This document shows positions 1 to 11,702 of a DNA stretch of 64,000 bases, piece after piece. This DNA is from an uncultured Methylomirabilota bacterium. Its GTDB lineage: Bacteria > Methylomirabilota > Methylomirabilia > Methylomirabilales > 2-02-FULL-66-22. Position 1 is the first letter of the stretch, and every line of letters begins with the position of its first letter. The stretch spans positions 448,001 to 512,000 of the forward strand of contig CAWJSJ010000005.1 of NCBI GenBank assembly GCA_963845565.1, written 5' to 3'. Below the pieces are notes generated by a model. The model worked only from the letters and a program-made list of their open reading frames with translations. It did not search any database and had not been told where the DNA came from. A program made the translations under genes and the position numbers.

Positions 1-1655
1 AGAACGGCCAGGCGCCGCTCGGTATCCGCCAGGACTTCAGGGTTGAACGGGTCACCCGGCGCGAACAGGAGCTCTCGCCGGACGACATACTCCTGTGTTG
101 CCACCAGACCGGTGATCAGGACGCGGCCGACGCGGGTGGAGGCGCCCTCGTGAATCTGGATGACCACGTCTGCGCGATCCTCCCGCCGGGTGACATCCGC
201 CGCGATCCGGGCACCCAGATATCCACGCCGGGCGTACACACGCCCGAGGCTTTTTTGCGCCTCGGCCTCTCGCTGCGTTGTCCAGGGATCCCCGGGCTTG
301 AAAGGCAGAGCGGCCAGAACCTCGGCGGGGGAGAGGACGGCGGAACCCTCCACCGACACCGCGCCGACCGTGAGGCGGGCGCCCTCGACGACGGGGATGA
401 CGATCTGCGCTCGACTCCGGTCATCGGAAAACCGGACGTCGGGGGGGCCGACGACCGCATCCAGGTATCCCTGGCCACGATAGAACGCGGTGAGGGCGCG
501 GATGTCCTGGTCGAGTTGCGCTTCCCGGAACACGCCCGGACGCAGAAAGCCGGGCAGGCGCGTACCCATTTGCGCCTCCAGCCGTTCCGCGGAGAAGGAC
601 TGGTTTCCGGAGAACGTGATGGCTGCGACGAGCACCCGGGGTCCTTCCGACACCTCGAAGCGAATCGTCCGCGGATCGCTCTCCGGGCCCAGCGACCCGT
701 CGACGCGTACGAAGTGGAAGCCGGCCTCCCGATAGGCACCCTCGATCTCCCGCGCGCTGGCGCCGACCTCCGCCTCATCCACCGCGCCCGCGTCCCCGAA
801 GGTGAGTCGAGACCGGAGGAGCGATTCGCCGAGACCCGCGACGCCGGAAAACTCCACCGCATACGTGGGGCCGAGCTCCACGTCGAGCGTCAGGTTGACA
901 CGGTTCGTGGGTTGATCCCACGCCGACTCCACGACGGCCACCCGGGCTTCGAAGCGTCCCTGGTCGCGAAGCGTCTCCTCCAGGGCCTGGACGCGTCTCC
1001 GGACGACGGCGTCGCCGTACTCGGTACCAGGGTCCAACCGCAACTGCGGAGCGAGCGTGTCCGCCTCGGTCGCCGAGACGCCCCGGATCGTCACGCCGCC
1101 GATCCGGGCACGCGAACCCGGTTCCACGACGAACGCAACATCGCGCCCACCGGTCGCAGGCTCGTCCGAGGTTCGGACCGTGACCCGGGCGGCGAAGAAC
1201 CCTTCGCGGGCGTAGGCGGCCAGCACGCGGAGGCGCGCCCGTTCCAGCGGTTCCGCGCCCGCATCCCCGCCGAGCGCGAGATTGGCGGCGTCGGCCAGAT
1301 CCACCGGGGCGAGGCCGAGATCGCCTTCCCAGGCGATGCGCCGGATCTGGGGGCGTCGCGTCAGGTGGAAGCGTAGCCGGATGCCGTCCGGGCCCGCGAC
1401 CTCGTCCACGCGTACCTCCGAGAAGAGGCCGAGGGTCCACAGGCGGTCGAGGCTTTGACGGATGGCCACGCGCGAGCGGGGCCGGTTGGCCAGGTCTCCG
1501 AGTGCGGCCCGGATCAACTCGGTCGGCAACTCCTGGGCGGAGACCAAGTCTACGCCCGTGACGGTCTCCGGCGAGGCGCCGAAGACGGAGGTGGCCGCTC
1601 CCAGGCAGACGCCGAGGGCGAACACGGCTGCCAGTCGTCGCCGGGCGCCTCTCAT
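1..1655 (-). CDS. Omp85 (BamA/TamA family) outer-membrane assembly protein, multiple POTRA domains; 3' end runs off the window
   Basis: Absent from the ORF track because no stop occurs in the window. ATG at 1655 overlaps the tamB stop (ATGA). Translation begins [26 protein letters not shown] (signal peptide), and POTRA-like segments include SLDRLWTLGLFSEVRV and EGASTRVGRVLITGLVATQEYVVRRELLFAPGDPF. Confidence 0.85.
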   Translation of the reverse strand, partial: MRGARRRLAAVFALGVCLGAATSVFGASPETVTGVDLVSAQELPTELIRAALGDLANRPRSRVAIRQSLDRLWTLGLFSEVRVDEVAGPDGIRLRFHLTRRPQIRRIAWEGDLGLAPVDLADAANLALGGDAGAEPLERARLRVLAAYAREGFFAARVTVRTSDEPATGGRDVAFVVEPGSRARIGGVTIRGVSATEADTLAPQLRLDPGTEYGDAVVRRRVQALEETLRDQGRFEARVAVVESAWDQPTNRVNLTLDVELGPTYAVEFSGVAGLGESLLRSRLTFGDAGAVDEAEVGASAREIEGAYREAGFHFVRVDGSLGPESDPRTIRFEVSEGPRVLVAAITFSGNQSFSAERLEAQMGTRLPGFLRPGVFREAQLDQDIRALTAFYRGQGYLDAVVGPPDVRFSDDRSRAQIVIPVVEGARLTVGAVSVEGSAVLSPAEVLAALPFKPGDPWTTQREAEAQKSLGRVYARRGYLGARIAADVTRREDRADVVIQIHEGASTRVGRVLITGLVATQEYVVRRELLFAPGDPFNPEVLADTERRLAV

Positions 1656-4600
1656 CGGAACCTTAACCGGAGCAGGACATCGCCACCGACGCCTCCCTGG
1701 AAGTCCTGCTCGGCAGACAGGAGCAGCGGGCCGAAGATCTGGTACTCGACACGGACGACCCGCTTCGCGGCGCCGGAGAGGCTCTGCGAATAGAGCACGC
1801 GGACGTCCTCCGTCAGCTGTTTGCCGACGCGGATGGCGCGGTCGTCCTCGGTCATCGGTTTGCCGCCACGGATGGCGCGGTCGTTCTGGCCGGTCCGCTG
1901 CACCTCGACGGTGTCGGGGACGACGCTCTGGATGGCGTCCGGGCCATAGGTTCCGGCCGTCGCTTCCAGCAGGTCTTCGACCAGCAGGCGGCCGATCTCG
2001 CCCAGCATCGCGCCCCCCGCCGAGGTGCCGGTCTGGCTCTTGGTGACGCCCATGGCGACCAGCATGAGGATGTCTTCCTGGGAGAGGGGGGGCGAGGAGG
2101 AGAGGCGGACCGTGAGCTCGTCCGGCCGCCCGGACAGCCGAAGGGTCACGTCGTATTCCTTGATCCGGGCCTGACCGGTGACGTCCAGGATCGCTTCGGT
2201 ACGGCGCGGATCGACGAAACGCACCGCGCCGGACAGGAGATTCCAGCGTTGGTTCCGAAAGATGATGCGTCCCTCTTGGGTCTCCAGGGACCCAAGCAGA
2301 ACCGGCGCGGCCGTGGTGCCCTCCAGGCTGAGCGTGCCGCCCCCCCGCAGCCGTGCCAGCTTCATGTTGACGCGCAGGTTGTTGTCCAGTCGCAGGAGGA
2401 TCCGGAGGGGGATCGCGAGGGACGACTCGGCTGCCGTCTCGGGAGGACGGCTGAGGAGCAGCGATACGAGAGAGAACTGCCCCGACACGGCGCCCTGGAG
2501 GAGGCGACCCTCGCCGCGGAGCTGGGCCCTGGAGCCCCGGCCGATCAATTCGAGGTTGAGATCCCAGGTTGTTTGCACGCCTTGCGTGGGTGCGATCGAG
2601 ACATTCTGGCCGGTGACCGCGAATCGGTATGCCCCAAGCTGCCAGCCTTGGAGCGTCAGATCGCCGCTGGCACGCACGCGCCCGCGCCCCACCGAGGCGG
2701 TCGCGTCCACCAGCCGGACGCCGTCCTGGGAGAATACCATCCGCGCCTCCACCTCCCGGAGCGTCTCCGGCCGGTCGCGGACCTGGAGTATGCCGTTCTT
2801 GATCGTCGCTTCCCCCGTGAAGCGAGGGGCGGCGGCGGTTCCGCCAACCTGTCCCGCGATCGCCAGGGTCCCTGCCGCCTCGCGAATCTCAGGACGAAAC
2901 AGCGGGAGCATGGTGAGCGGGAACTGACCGGTGATTTGAAGGCCGAGGGCGCCGCGGGGATCCCACCGGCCGGAGGCTTGCAAGTCGCCGAGCCGGCCGG
3001 CGAGGTGCAGGCGATCGATCGCGAGACCGGTAGGCTCCCAGCGCAGCACCACCGGACCGCGGTTCGCCCATTCCTCGTCGACCACGACGAGACGGACCGG
3101 ATCCAACGTCACCATCCCCCGGGCAGCGGAAGGCTCCGCGATGGGCACCGTGACCTCGGCAACGGCACTCAGGGTTCCCTCCACGCCGCTCTCGTGTGCC
3201 AGGCCAAGCCGGCGCAGCGTGGGCGCGAGGGCAAGGTCCTTGGCCTCGACCCGGACGGCGATCGGGCCATTCCGATCCAGTGGCCCTTGCGCCGTTGCCG
3301 CCAAGCGGGACTCGGGAAACGCCAGATCCGCGCGAAGCTGCCCGTCGCGCAGCGTAAATCGTGCGGAGCCATCCCCCAATGGGAACGCCCGGACGGTGAC
3401 CCGATCCAGCGTGGCCGCTCCCGAGACGTCCACCGTCCCCTGGCGTACCGACGCCTGCAGGGACGCCCGTCCCATGCCGCCGAGTTGTGCGGCATCGGGA
3501 AGGCGCGGTATCCGAGAGAGGTCCGTCGGCCCCACGTCGGCGCTGGCCTGGCCGGTGCCATTCCACATCCAGGTCCCGGCGCCGCGGACGGGAATGCCGT
3601 CTACCTCAGCCCGGAGGCGCGCGATCTCCAGCCGGTCCGAGTCCAGCGCAAAGGCGGCCAGCAGGCTTCGAATGGGTATCCCGGATTGAGGGGTGAGGTC
3701 GGCGGCCTCGATCGTACCCGACGCTCGCCAGGTCTCGGGCGTTCCCTCTGCCCGCCCGGCCAGCGCGAAACGACCCAGTCCGTGGAGAGCGGGCGGCAGC
3801 CAGCGGTCGAAGTCCTCCCAGCGCGCCGCCGGCGCGCGCCCCTCTCCGCTGAACCGGAGGCGCGCCGCCACGCGGCCGGACGACGTTCCCCCAGGGTCGC
3901 TCCAGGTCAGGAGGCCCGACGCGACGGCTCGGCTCTGCCCCAGGGTGGCGGTCGCCGAATTCACCTGGAGGGACCCATTCTGGAACCGCCCCGCGATGTC
4001 CACTGCATCGAGTCGGACGCCCGACACGGTCAGCGACGGGATGCGTACCTGGCCGACGACGTCCGGGCTGGCCCAGCGGCCGTGCGCTTCCACCTGCGCG
4101 TCGGCCTGCCCACTCATGACCGGCATTCCCCAGAGGGGTGCAATGGTTTCAAGGTTGGCCCGAAGGGCGACCCGGAGTCCTAACGGGCCTTCCGGTCCGA
4201 CGCGTCCCCCGGCCGTGACGTCGGCCCCCGGCCAGCTCGCGGTGGCCTGCGAGACGTCCGCTACGGCGTCTTGGAAAGATCCGGCGATGCGCACGGAGCC
4301 GGGGCCCAGCCGGGAGAGTTCCCCCGGGAGGATGATACGCCTTCCCGAAAAGAGGACCCGGCCACGCATTTCCTCCGGGCGTCGCGGGTCGCCGGTGATC
4401 TCGGCCTCCGCATCAAGTTCGCCGCGCAAGCCCAGCGGGGTCGGGGCCAGCGGGTCCAGGGCGGGGATCGAGGCCCGCTGCAGGGTGAAGGCGACGCGCG
4501 TCTCCTGCGGCCGAGCGATGCGTGTCGCGAAGGTTCCCCGCAGCGTGCCGTCGAAAAGCCCGGCGGTGACCTGGGACAGATCGAGAAGCCCGTCTTTCCA

Positions 4601-5542
4601 GCGACCGCGCACGGCGACGTCCCGGGCTTGAATCGGGCCCGCGGTCAGTCGGGGGATGGCGAGCCGGCCCGACACCTCGACGGCGTCGAGGGGTCCCTGG
4701 ACGGTCGCCTGCGCGGTCATCACGCCCGCAAGGGGCCAGGGGGAAGCGAATCGCCGGGACAGCGAGGCCAGATCCGCCTCACCCTCGATCGAGAGGTCGA
4801 GTTCGGCCGCGGCGAACGGACGCCGAAGCTCGCCCGTCGCCTGAATCCGACGTTCCTGCCAGCGTCCAGCCACCTTTCGGATGGCGAGCCGGTCCTGGTG
4901 GATCCAGCCCGCCCCCTCCACATCCGCAATCGTCTCGCGGAAATCCGACGTCTGCAGGGAGACGCCGCTCAGGCGCACCTCGAAGTCGATCCCCCGCCGC
5001 ACCGGTCGCGCCGTCAGGTTCAGACCGTGGATGTCCACCACGAGTCCCCGCGTGTCGTCGCGGTAGGTCGCGCGGCCTCGCTCGATCTTGAGTGTTCCAA
5101 GGCGAACCGTGATCGGACCGAGGGCGAACGTGTCGGGGACGTCGAGCGCGAACGGGGTAGCGTCCCGGCTCGGCCCGCTGATCCGCAGGATGGCGTCCTG
5201 GAGCAGGATGGTGGACAGGACGAGTTCGCGCCGCCAGAGACTGCTGATTCCGACGCGGAATCCGGCACGGGCGACCTGCAGAATCGGCTCGGGTCCCTCG
5301 CCGGCTCCGGGCTCCACGCGGAGACGCGTGATCTCGATACCGCCGCGCCACAGGGAGAGAGCCACGGCCTCGATCCGGACCGGCCGGCCCAGAGCGTCCG
5401 TCAGGGCGCTCTCGAGACGGTCGCGGGACAGCGCGGGAGCGTACGCGCGCACGGCGAGCGACGAGGCCGCCGCGAGGCCGGCGAGGACCAGGCCGGCGAC
5501 GGCCAAGCGAACGAGCCACCAGCGAAGGCGCGAGCGAGCCAT
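1652..5542 (-). CDS. tamB: Translocation and assembly module TamB / AsmA-like protein with C-terminal DUF490
   Basis: 1296 aa with an N-terminal TM anchor, a long Gly-rich beta-taco region and a C-terminal [13 protein letters not shown]...VGKQLT...VEYQI motif; adjacent to an Omp85 gene. Confidence 0.85.
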   Translation of the reverse strand: MARSRLRWWLVRLAVAGLVLAGLAAASSLAVRAYAPALSRDRLESALTDALGRPVRIEAVALSLWRGGIEITRLRVEPGAGEGPEPILQVARAGFRVGISSLWRRELVLSTILLQDAILRISGPSRDATPFALDVPDTFALGPITVRLGTLKIERGRATYRDDTRGLVVDIHGLNLTARPVRRGIDFEVRLSGVSLQTSDFRETIADVEGAGWIHQDRLAIRKVAGRWQERRIQATGELRRPFAAAELDLSIEGEADLASLSRRFASPWPLAGVMTAQATVQGPLDAVEVSGRLAIPRLTAGPIQARDVAVRGRWKDGLLDLSQVTAGLFDGTLRGTFATRIARPQETRVAFTLQRASIPALDPLAPTPLGLRGELDAEAEITGDPRRPEEMRGRVLFSGRRIILPGELSRLGPGSVRIAGSFQDAVADVSQATASWPGADVTAGGRVGPEGPLGLRVALRANLETIAPLWGMPVMSGQADAQVEAHGRWASPDVVGQVRIPSLTVSGVRLDAVDIAGRFQNGSLQVNSATATLGQSRAVASGLLTWSDPGGTSSGRVAARLRFSGEGRAPAARWEDFDRWLPPALHGLGRFALAGRAEGTPETWRASGTIEAADLTPQSGIPIRSLLAAFALDSDRLEIARLRAEVDGIPVRGAGTWMWNGTGQASADVGPTDLSRIPRLPDAAQLGGMGRASLQASVRQGTVDVSGAATLDRVTVRAFPLGDGSARFTLRDGQLRADLAFPESRLAATAQGPLDRNGPIAVRVEAKDLALAPTLRRLGLAHESGVEGTLSAVAEVTVPIAEPSAARGMVTLDPVRLVVVDEEWANRGPVVLRWEPTGLAIDRLHLAGRLGDLQASGRWDPRGALGLQITGQFPLTMLPLFRPEIREAAGTLAIAGQVGGTAAAPRFTGEATIKNGILQVRDRPETLREVEARMVFSQDGVRLVDATASVGRGRVRASGDLTLQGWQLGAYRFAVTGQNVSIAPTQGVQTTWDLNLELIGRGSRAQLRGEGRLLQGAVSGQFSLVSLLLSRPPETAAESSLAIPLRILLRLDNNLRVNMKLARLRGGGTLSLEGTTAAPVLLGSLETQEGRIIFRNQRWNLLSGAVRFVDPRRTEAILDVTGQARIKEYDVTLRLSGRPDELTVRLSSSPPLSQEDILMLVAMGVTKSQTGTSAGGAMLGEIGRLLVEDLLEATAGTYGPDAIQSVVPDTVEVQRTGQNDRAIRGGKPMTEDDRAIRVGKQLTEDVRVLYSQSLSGAAKRVVRVEYQIFGPLLLSAEQDFQGGVGGDVLLRLRFR

Positions 5543-5760
5543 GTTCTTCCTACGCGGGATCCGTCACGCGTGAAATCTCCGGGCCCCGACCAGCCGGGGC
5601 TCGGGAGATTATATCCGCATACGGGCTCTTCCGTCACGGGGTTGCGGATGGCGCGCAGTTTTTCTTGTTGCGGGGCAGCACGGCCTGTATGGTACGCTCC
5701 AGACCAGGGCGGGCGCCCCGCGCCGCCGGACACACAGGACCGCATACAGGGAGGCTGCTC

Positions 5761-7773
5761 ATGCCGGACGCGAGAGAGCAACTGGACCAGCGCTGCATCA
5801 ACACCATTCGCATGCTGGCGGCCGATGCCGTCCAGAAGGCGAAGTCGGGTCATCCCGGCATGCCCATGGGGGCGGCCGCCATGGCGTACGTCCTCTGGAC
5901 CCGGATCCTCAAGCACAATCCGGCGAATCCGACGTGGCCGGACCGGGACCGATTCGTCTTGTCGGCGGGACACGGGTCGATGCTGCTGTACGCCCTGCTG
6001 CACCTGACGGGGTACGACCTTGGCCTGGAGGATCTCCAACAGTTCCGGCAATGGGGCAGCAAGACCCCCGGTCATCCGGAGTACGGCCACACCCCCGGCG
6101 TCGAGACCACCACGGGACCGTTGGGCCAGGGCTTCGCCACCGGCGTCGGGATGGCCGTCGCCGAGCGCTGGCTGGCCGCCCAGTTTAACCGGCCGGGGCA
6201 GGCACTCGTCGATCATCACACCTACGCCATCGTGAGCGACGGCGATCTGATGGAAGGGGTGGCATCCGAGGCGGCCTCGCTGGCCGGCCATCTCAAACTG
6301 GGAAAACTGATCTATCTGTACGACGACAACAAGATCTCGATCGACGGCAGCACCGACCTGGCGTTCACGGAGGACGTAGGCCGTCGCTTCGAGGCCTACG
6401 GTTGGCACGTGCAGCGGGTGGCCGACGGCAACGACCTGGGCGCCGTCGAGGCCGCCATTCGGGCCGCGCAGGCCGAGACGGGCCGGCCGTCACTCATCAT
6501 GTGCCGCACCCACATCGGGTTCGGCAGCCCCGGCAAGCAGGATACCAGCAAGGCCCATGGAGAGCCGCTGGGCGAGGAGGAACTCCAGCGCACCAAACAG
6601 AAGCTGGGGTGGCCCGAGTCGCCGGCGTTTCTGGTTCCGGACGATGTGCGGCACGAGTTCCGAAAGGCGGGAGCGCGCGGCATGGCGTGGGAAGCCGAGT
6701 GGCGCCAGCAGGCGCAGGCCTACGCCGCCGCGTTTCCGGCCGAGGCGGCACGCTGGGAGCAGTTCCTGAGCGGGCAGCTTCCCGATGGATGGGATGCCGG
6801 GCTCCCGACGTTCGCGCCGAACGATCCGGCCCTGGCGACCCGGGCCGTTTCCGGGAAGGTCATCCAGGCGGTGTACACCCGCGTTGCCAACCTGGTGGGG
6901 GGATCGGCCGACCTGGCGCCGTCCAACAACACCTACGTCGGGGACGGCGGCGAATTCCAGGCCGGGACCCCGGCGGGGCGGAACTTCCGCTTCGGCGTGC
7001 GGGAGCACGCCATGGGGGCGATGGCCAACGGAATGGCGCTCCACGGCGGCCTGCGGCCGTACGTGGCCACGTTCTTGGTTTTCGCGGATTACATGCGCCC
7101 GGCGATCCGCCTCGCGGCCTTGATGCGGATCCCCGTCATCTTCATCTTCACCCACGACAGCATCGGTCTGGGGGAGGATGGCCCGACCCACCAGCCGATC
7201 GAGCATGTCATGGCGCTCCGTGCCATTCCCGATCTGCGGGTCATCCGGCCGGCGGACGCCACCGAGACGGTCGAGGCCTGGCGGGCGGCGCTCACCCATC
7301 ACGGCCCGACGTGTCTCATTCTGACGCGGCAAAACCTGCCGAATCTCGACCGGACCGGCGAACGGCCGGGCGGCGGCGTCGAGCGCGGCGCCTACGTCCT
7401 GGCCGAGGCGGCCGGAGGCAAATCCCGCCTGATCCTGATCGCCACCGGTTCCGAGGTAGCCCCGGCGCTCGGCGCCCAGAAGATTCTGCAGGAGAAGGGC
7501 GTGCCGGCCCGTGTGGTGAGCATGCCATCATGGGAACTTTTCGAGGCGCAGCCGCAAGCCTATCGGGATGCCGTCCTGCCGCCGGCGGTGACGGCCCGAC
7601 TGGCCGTCGAGGCCGGGGTGCCGCTCGGATGGCACAAGTATGTGGGACTCGGCGGCGATGTGGTCGGCCTGTCCCGTTTCGGGGCATCCGCGCCCGCCCC
7701 GGTGCTCTTCGAGCAGTTCGGGTTTACGGCGGCGAATGTGGCGGCTCGTGCCCAGCAATTGCTCGGGCGTTAG
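5761..7773 (+). CDS. tkt: Transketolase
   Basis: [29 protein letters not shown]...[12 protein letters not shown] and [16 protein letters not shown] motifs; RBS GGGAGG before ATG 5761. Confidence 0.98.
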   Translation: MPDAREQLDQRCINTIRMLAADAVQKAKSGHPGMPMGAAAMAYVLWTRILKHNPANPTWPDRDRFVLSAGHGSMLLYALLHLTGYDLGLEDLQQFRQWGSKTPGHPEYGHTPGVETTTGPLGQGFATGVGMAVAERWLAAQFNRPGQALVDHHTYAIVSDGDLMEGVASEAASLAGHLKLGKLIYLYDDNKISIDGSTDLAFTEDVGRRFEAYGWHVQRVADGNDLGAVEAAIRAAQAETGRPSLIMCRTHIGFGSPGKQDTSKAHGEPLGEEELQRTKQKLGWPESPAFLVPDDVRHEFRKAGARGMAWEAEWRQQAQAYAAAFPAEAARWEQFLSGQLPDGWDAGLPTFAPNDPALATRAVSGKVIQAVYTRVANLVGGSADLAPSNNTYVGDGGEFQAGTPAGRNFRFGVREHAMGAMANGMALHGGLRPYVATFLVFADYMRPAIRLAALMRIPVIFIFTHDSIGLGEDGPTHQPIEHVMALRAIPDLRVIRPADATETVEAWRAALTHHGPTCLILTRQNLPNLDRTGERPGGGVERGAYVLAEAAGGKSRLILIATGSEVAPALGAQKILQEKGVPARVVSMPSWELFEAQPQAYRDAVLPPAVTARLAVEAGVPLGWHKYVGLGGDVVGLSRFGASAPAPVLFEQFGFTAANVAARAQQLLGR

Positions 7774-7827
7774 TGTCCTGGACCGCGGGGCGGTTCACCG
7801 GCTCGCCTCGCTTTTTCCGAAAGGGTT

Positions 7828-8520
7828 GTGACCGTGAATTCGAAACAAGCAGCCGCAGAGCGTGGGGCGAGCCTCGTACAGTCGGGGATGGTTTTGGGCC
7901 TGGGCAGCGGGACCACGTCCACCCTGATGGTACAGGCGATCGGGCAGAAACTGCGCGAGAAGACCCTCCGGAACGTGATCGGGGTGCCGTCCTCCAGCGC
8001 CATCGCCGCGGTCGCCAGGGAGTCCGGCGTGCCGCTGGCGACTCTGGACGATCATCCGGCGCTTGACCTCAATCTGGACGGGGCGGACGAGGTGGATCCG
8101 GAACTGAATCTGACCAAGGGTCTCGGCGGTGCGCTGCTCTGGGAGAAGGTCGTCGCCACTGCCTCGCGGGAGGTGGTGATTTTGGTGGACGATTCCAAAC
8201 TGGTTCCCCGGCTGGGGACCAAGGCGCCGCTTCCGGTCGAGGTCATTCCCTTCGGGTGGAAGTCGCACCTGGTTTTCATCGAGTCGCTCGGCGCCGCACC
8301 CGTTCTCCGCACGGAGCCCGACGGCCGGCCGTTTGTCACCGACGAGGGCAACTACATCCTGCACTGCACCTTTGCGAACGGGATCGTAGACCCGAAGGCT
8401 GTCGAGACCGCGTTGCTCACCCGGGCGGGGATCGTCGGCACGGGCCTCTTCCTCCGCGTGGCGCACCGCGTCATCGTGGGTACCCCCGCAGGAGTCGAGA
8501 TCCGAACGCGCACAGAGTAG
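7828..8520 (+). CDS. rpiA: Ribose-5-phosphate isomerase A (start may be GTG 7834)
   Basis: GLGSGTT, DGADEVD, KGLGGALLWEK and VTDEGNYILH motifs; follows tkt. Confidence 0.95.
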   Translation: MTVNSKQAAAERGASLVQSGMVLGLGSGTTSTLMVQAIGQKLREKTLRNVIGVPSSSAIAAVARESGVPLATLDDHPALDLNLDGADEVDPELNLTKGLGGALLWEKVVATASREVVILVDDSKLVPRLGTKAPLPVEVIPFGWKSHLVFIESLGAAPVLRTEPDGRPFVTDEGNYILHCTFANGIVDPKAVETALLTRAGIVGTGLFLRVAHRVIVGTPAGVEIRTRTE

Positions 8521-8617
8521 AGGCACCGCACGGGTGAGGAGGCCGCGCTGGCGGCGTGCCGGAACTTGGCTGCCGGCGGACCCTTGTCTTGGGAAGAGGA
8601 TGTTGCGGCGAGGCGGC

Positions 8618-8646
8618 TTGACTGGGTCCGGACGCCTTGTTAGTGT
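8618..8646 (+). promoter_or_regulatory. Sigma70-type promoter of the TRAP operon
   Basis: TTGACT-17 bp-TAGTGT with an extended -10 TG, about 60 nt upstream of the dctP start. Confidence 0.6.
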
Positions 8647-8706
8647 CCGCCCGTTTCCCTTGGAGTCGTGCAGGCCATGCCGTTTCCCACTTTCGAGGAG
8701 GGTCTC

Positions 8707-9720
8707 ATGAACAGAAGAACAGTTCTCTGGGCGCTCGTGATCGCGGCCGTTGCGGTGTTTCCGCTCTTCGCGGGAGGAGTGCGAGACGCCGACGCGGGGC
8801 AGCAGACCATCAAGCTGATCGGACACACCATGCTGCCGAAGGAACACGTCTACTTCCGAACGGTCCAGAAGTTCGCCGACCTCACCAGCCAGTACTACAA
8901 GGGCCCCATCAAGCTCGAGTGGGACCTTCACCATTCCGGCGACATCGGTACGGAGAAGGATGCCATCGAGTACATGCTGCAGGGCGTGGCCATCGACTTC
9001 TCCATCATCTCGCCGGCGTGGATCGCGAACTGGGACAAGACCGCGACCTTCATGGACGCCCCCTTCATCTTCAAGAGCGTCGACCACTGGAACAAGAGCC
9101 TGGAAGCCGGCGTGTTCGAGCCGATCCAGAAGACAATGATCCAGAAGGGAGTCCGGTTCATCGGCTACGGCGGCGGCGGTGTCCGGCATCTGATCCTGCG
9201 GAAGGAGGTCAAGACGATCGACGATTTCCCGAAGATTCAGATGCGCGTGCAGGGATCCCCGCTGCATCAGAAGGTGTTTTCGGCTACGGGGCTGAAGGCC
9301 ACGCCGATGGACTACATGGAGGTCTACAACGCCATCAAGACGGGCGTCCTGGACGGCCTCGAGAACGAGCCGGCCGGTCTGAAGAGCATGAAGTTCTACG
9401 AGGTCGCCCCCTACTACGTGCTGACCAACCACCAGATCACGACCCGGATCCTGGCCATCAGCGAGAAAAAGTTCCAGTCCTTCCCCAAGGATCTGCAGGA
9501 CGCCGTGTTGAAGGCCGCCAAGGAGGCCTCCGCCTACCACCGGAAGACCGAGGTGGAAGAGGGTGAGGGCCTGATCAAGGAAATGCAGCAGAAGAACGGC
9601 CTGAAGGTGGTCCCCTTCGACAACACCGAGATGCGCAAGCGCGCCATGCCGGTGGTCGAGCAGTTCGCCAAGGAAAACAACGCCGCCGACATGCTGGCCA
9701 AGCTCGACGCCATCAAGTAA
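8707..9720 (+). CDS. dctP: TRAP transporter substrate-binding protein (DctP family)
   Basis: Signal peptide; GDIGTEKDAIE, MRV and EVYNAIKTGVLDGLEN motifs; followed by dctQ and dctM. Confidence 0.92.
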   Translation: MNRRTVLWALVIAAVAVFPLFAGGVRDADAGQQTIKLIGHTMLPKEHVYFRTVQKFADLTSQYYKGPIKLEWDLHHSGDIGTEKDAIEYMLQGVAIDFSIISPAWIANWDKTATFMDAPFIFKSVDHWNKSLEAGVFEPIQKTMIQKGVRFIGYGGGGVRHLILRKEVKTIDDFPKIQMRVQGSPLHQKVFSATGLKATPMDYMEVYNAIKTGVLDGLENEPAGLKSMKFYEVAPYYVLTNHQITTRILAISEKKFQSFPKDLQDAVLKAAKEASAYHRKTEVEEGEGLIKEMQQKNGLKVVPFDNTEMRKRAMPVVEQFAKENNAADMLAKLDAIK

Positions 9721-9731
9721 ATCATGTGCCT

Positions 9732-9764
9732 CCCAGTGGGTGGAGGGTCCCTCCACCCACTGGG
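9732..9764. repeat. Perfect 16-bp-arm palindrome between dctP and dctQ
   Basis: CCCAGTGGGTGGAGGG-T-CCCTCCACCCACTGGG. Confidence 0.85.
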
Positions 9765-9802
9765 TTCGCCTTCATCCTTCCGCCCGACGCGAGGAAGTCT
9801 CG

Positions 9803-10303
9803 ATGCTGGTGAAGCTGTGTGACGCCGTCTCGCGGTGCCTCTACTACGCCCTCGTCGCCATGGGGCTGATCCTGATCGTCTCGGTCGCGCTGCTCGTGGC
9901 CGCCCGCTACCTGCCGTTCGTTCCGCGCTGGCTCTGGCCGCTGGAGATCGCCAACTGGGCCATGATCTGGATGGTCTTCTTCGGGGCCAGCCTCGCCGTC
10001 CGGGAGAACAAGCACTTCAACGTGGATCTGTTCATGGGGAAGACCCCGCCGCGTTCCGTCCAGGTCTTCCTCAAGCTCGTGTACTATGTGTTCGTCGGAT
10101 TCGTCACGCTCACCTTCGTCTTCTTCGGCTACGGCTTTGTCATGAAGTGGGCCATGATCCAGACCTCGGAAGTCCTGATGGTCAACATGGCGTATCTCTA
10201 CGTCTCGGTGCCGGTGGCCGGTCTCCTCTGGCTGTTGTTTCTCATCGAGGACGTTTATAAGGAGTTCTTCATGCCGAAGCCGCAGGCCGAGGAGGCCCGC
10301 TGA
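9803..10303 (+). CDS. dctQ: TRAP small permease
   Basis: Four TM segments; EIANWAMIWMVFFGASLAVRENKHFNVDLF motif. Confidence 0.9.
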   Translation: MLVKLCDAVSRCLYYALVAMGLILIVSVALLVAARYLPFVPRWLWPLEIANWAMIWMVFFGASLAVRENKHFNVDLFMGKTPPRSVQVFLKLVYYVFVGFVTLTFVFFGYGFVMKWAMIQTSEVLMVNMAYLYVSVPVAGLLWLLFLIEDVYKEFFMPKPQAEEAR

Positions 10304-11607
10304 TGCTCGATTCCGCGACCGTCTTCTGGGTGATGTTCGGCACGCTCGTCGTCCTCATCGCGCTGCGGGTGCCGATCTCCTTCGCGCTGGCCTTCGCCGT
10401 GGTCCCCATCCTCATCCTGACCCCGCAGGTCACGCCCATCATGCTGCTCCACCGCATGATGATCCAGTACGGCTCCTTCATCTTGCTGGCGATTCCCTTC
10501 TTCGTCCTGGCCGCCAACCTCATGAACTGGGCGGGCATCACCAACATGCTCCTCCGGCTGGCGCAGGCCATGGTCGGCCACCTGCCCGGCGGCCTGGGCC
10601 ACGTCAACGTCGTGACCAGCATGATCTTCGCCGGCATCTCGGGCTCCTCGAACGCGGACGCGGCGGGCGAGGGCTCCATCATCATCCCGGCCATGCGAAA
10701 GGCGGGGTACGACGTCAATTTCACCGTGGCGGTGACCGCGTGCTCGGCGGTCATGGGGGTCATCATCCCACCGAGCATCATCATGGTGGTCTGGGGCGGG
10801 GTGATGAACGTCTCCGTCTCCGGCCTCTTCCTGGCTGGGATCGTTCCTGGCGTCCTGATCGGGCTCTTCCAGATGGGCCTGACCTACTACTATGCGGTCA
10901 CGCGGCATTATCCGAAGGCGTCGGAGTTTTCCCTTCGGAATCTCGGCCAAGCCGCCAAGGAAGCGATCCTCGCCATCCTGACCCCCGTCATCATCGTGGG
11001 CGGCGTGGTGTTCGGCATCGTGACGCCGACCGAGGCGGCCCTGATCGCGGTACTCTACGCCATGGTTCTGGGGTTCCTGGTGTACCGCACCCTCACCGTC
11101 AAGGGCTTCATCCAGCTCCTCTACGAGACGATGATGCTGTCCTCGGTCGTACTGTTCTGCGTGGGCTGCGCGGCCATCTATGCCTGGGTGCTGGCCTTCT
11201 ATAAGATCCCCCAGTACCTGGTGAAGGTCTTGGGCGCCATGACGACGGATCCCACGGTGATGATGCTCCTCATCGTGGTCGTATTCCTCATCGTCGGCTG
11301 CTTCATCGACGCCGTGCCGGCGATCATCATCTTCGCCCCGATCCTCAAGCCGGTGGCGGAGAGCGTGGGGATCCACCCCATGCACTTCGCGATCGTGGGC
11401 TGCATCACCCTGGCCTACGGCCTGATCACGCCCCCCTACGGCCTGTGCCTCCTGATCTCGTGTCAGATCGCGGGCATCAATGTGGTCCAACCGCTCAAGG
11501 AGGTGGGCGCCTTCCTGGCAGCCATGCTGGTGGTCCTTCTTCTGGCCATCTTCTTCCCGGTGGTCTCGCTGGGGATTCCAAAACTCCTCATGCCGAATAT
11601 CTTCTGA
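10303..11607 (+). CDS. dctM: TRAP large permease
   Basis: LLAIPFFVLA, FAGISGSSNAD, IIPPSI, TPTEAA and GLITPPYG motifs. Confidence 0.95.
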   Translation: MLDSATVFWVMFGTLVVLIALRVPISFALAFAVVPILILTPQVTPIMLLHRMMIQYGSFILLAIPFFVLAANLMNWAGITNMLLRLAQAMVGHLPGGLGHVNVVTSMIFAGISGSSNADAAGEGSIIIPAMRKAGYDVNFTVAVTACSAVMGVIIPPSIIMVVWGGVMNVSVSGLFLAGIVPGVLIGLFQMGLTYYYAVTRHYPKASEFSLRNLGQAAKEAILAILTPVIIVGGVVFGIVTPTEAALIAVLYAMVLGFLVYRTLTVKGFIQLLYETMMLSSVVLFCVGCAAIYAWVLAFYKIPQYLVKVLGAMTTDPTVMMLLIVVVFLIVGCFIDAVPAIIIFAPILKPVAESVGIHPMHFAIVGCITLAYGLITPPYGLCLLISCQIAGINVVQPLKEVGAFLAAMLVVLLLAIFFPVVSLGIPKLLMPNIF

Positions 11608-11702
11608 GGGGGACGCCAGGAGAGGGAAGGATCGTCGGCAGGGCAGAGGGCGTGATACCGAGCGGCGGCGCTTGGGGCTGGCCGTGTACGGTTTTTCGGA
11701 TC

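Noticed and set aside
5574..5610. Imperfect hairpin in the tamB/tkt divergent region
   Set aside because: It is a single GC-rich stem with no U tract or second copy, so no function can be supported.
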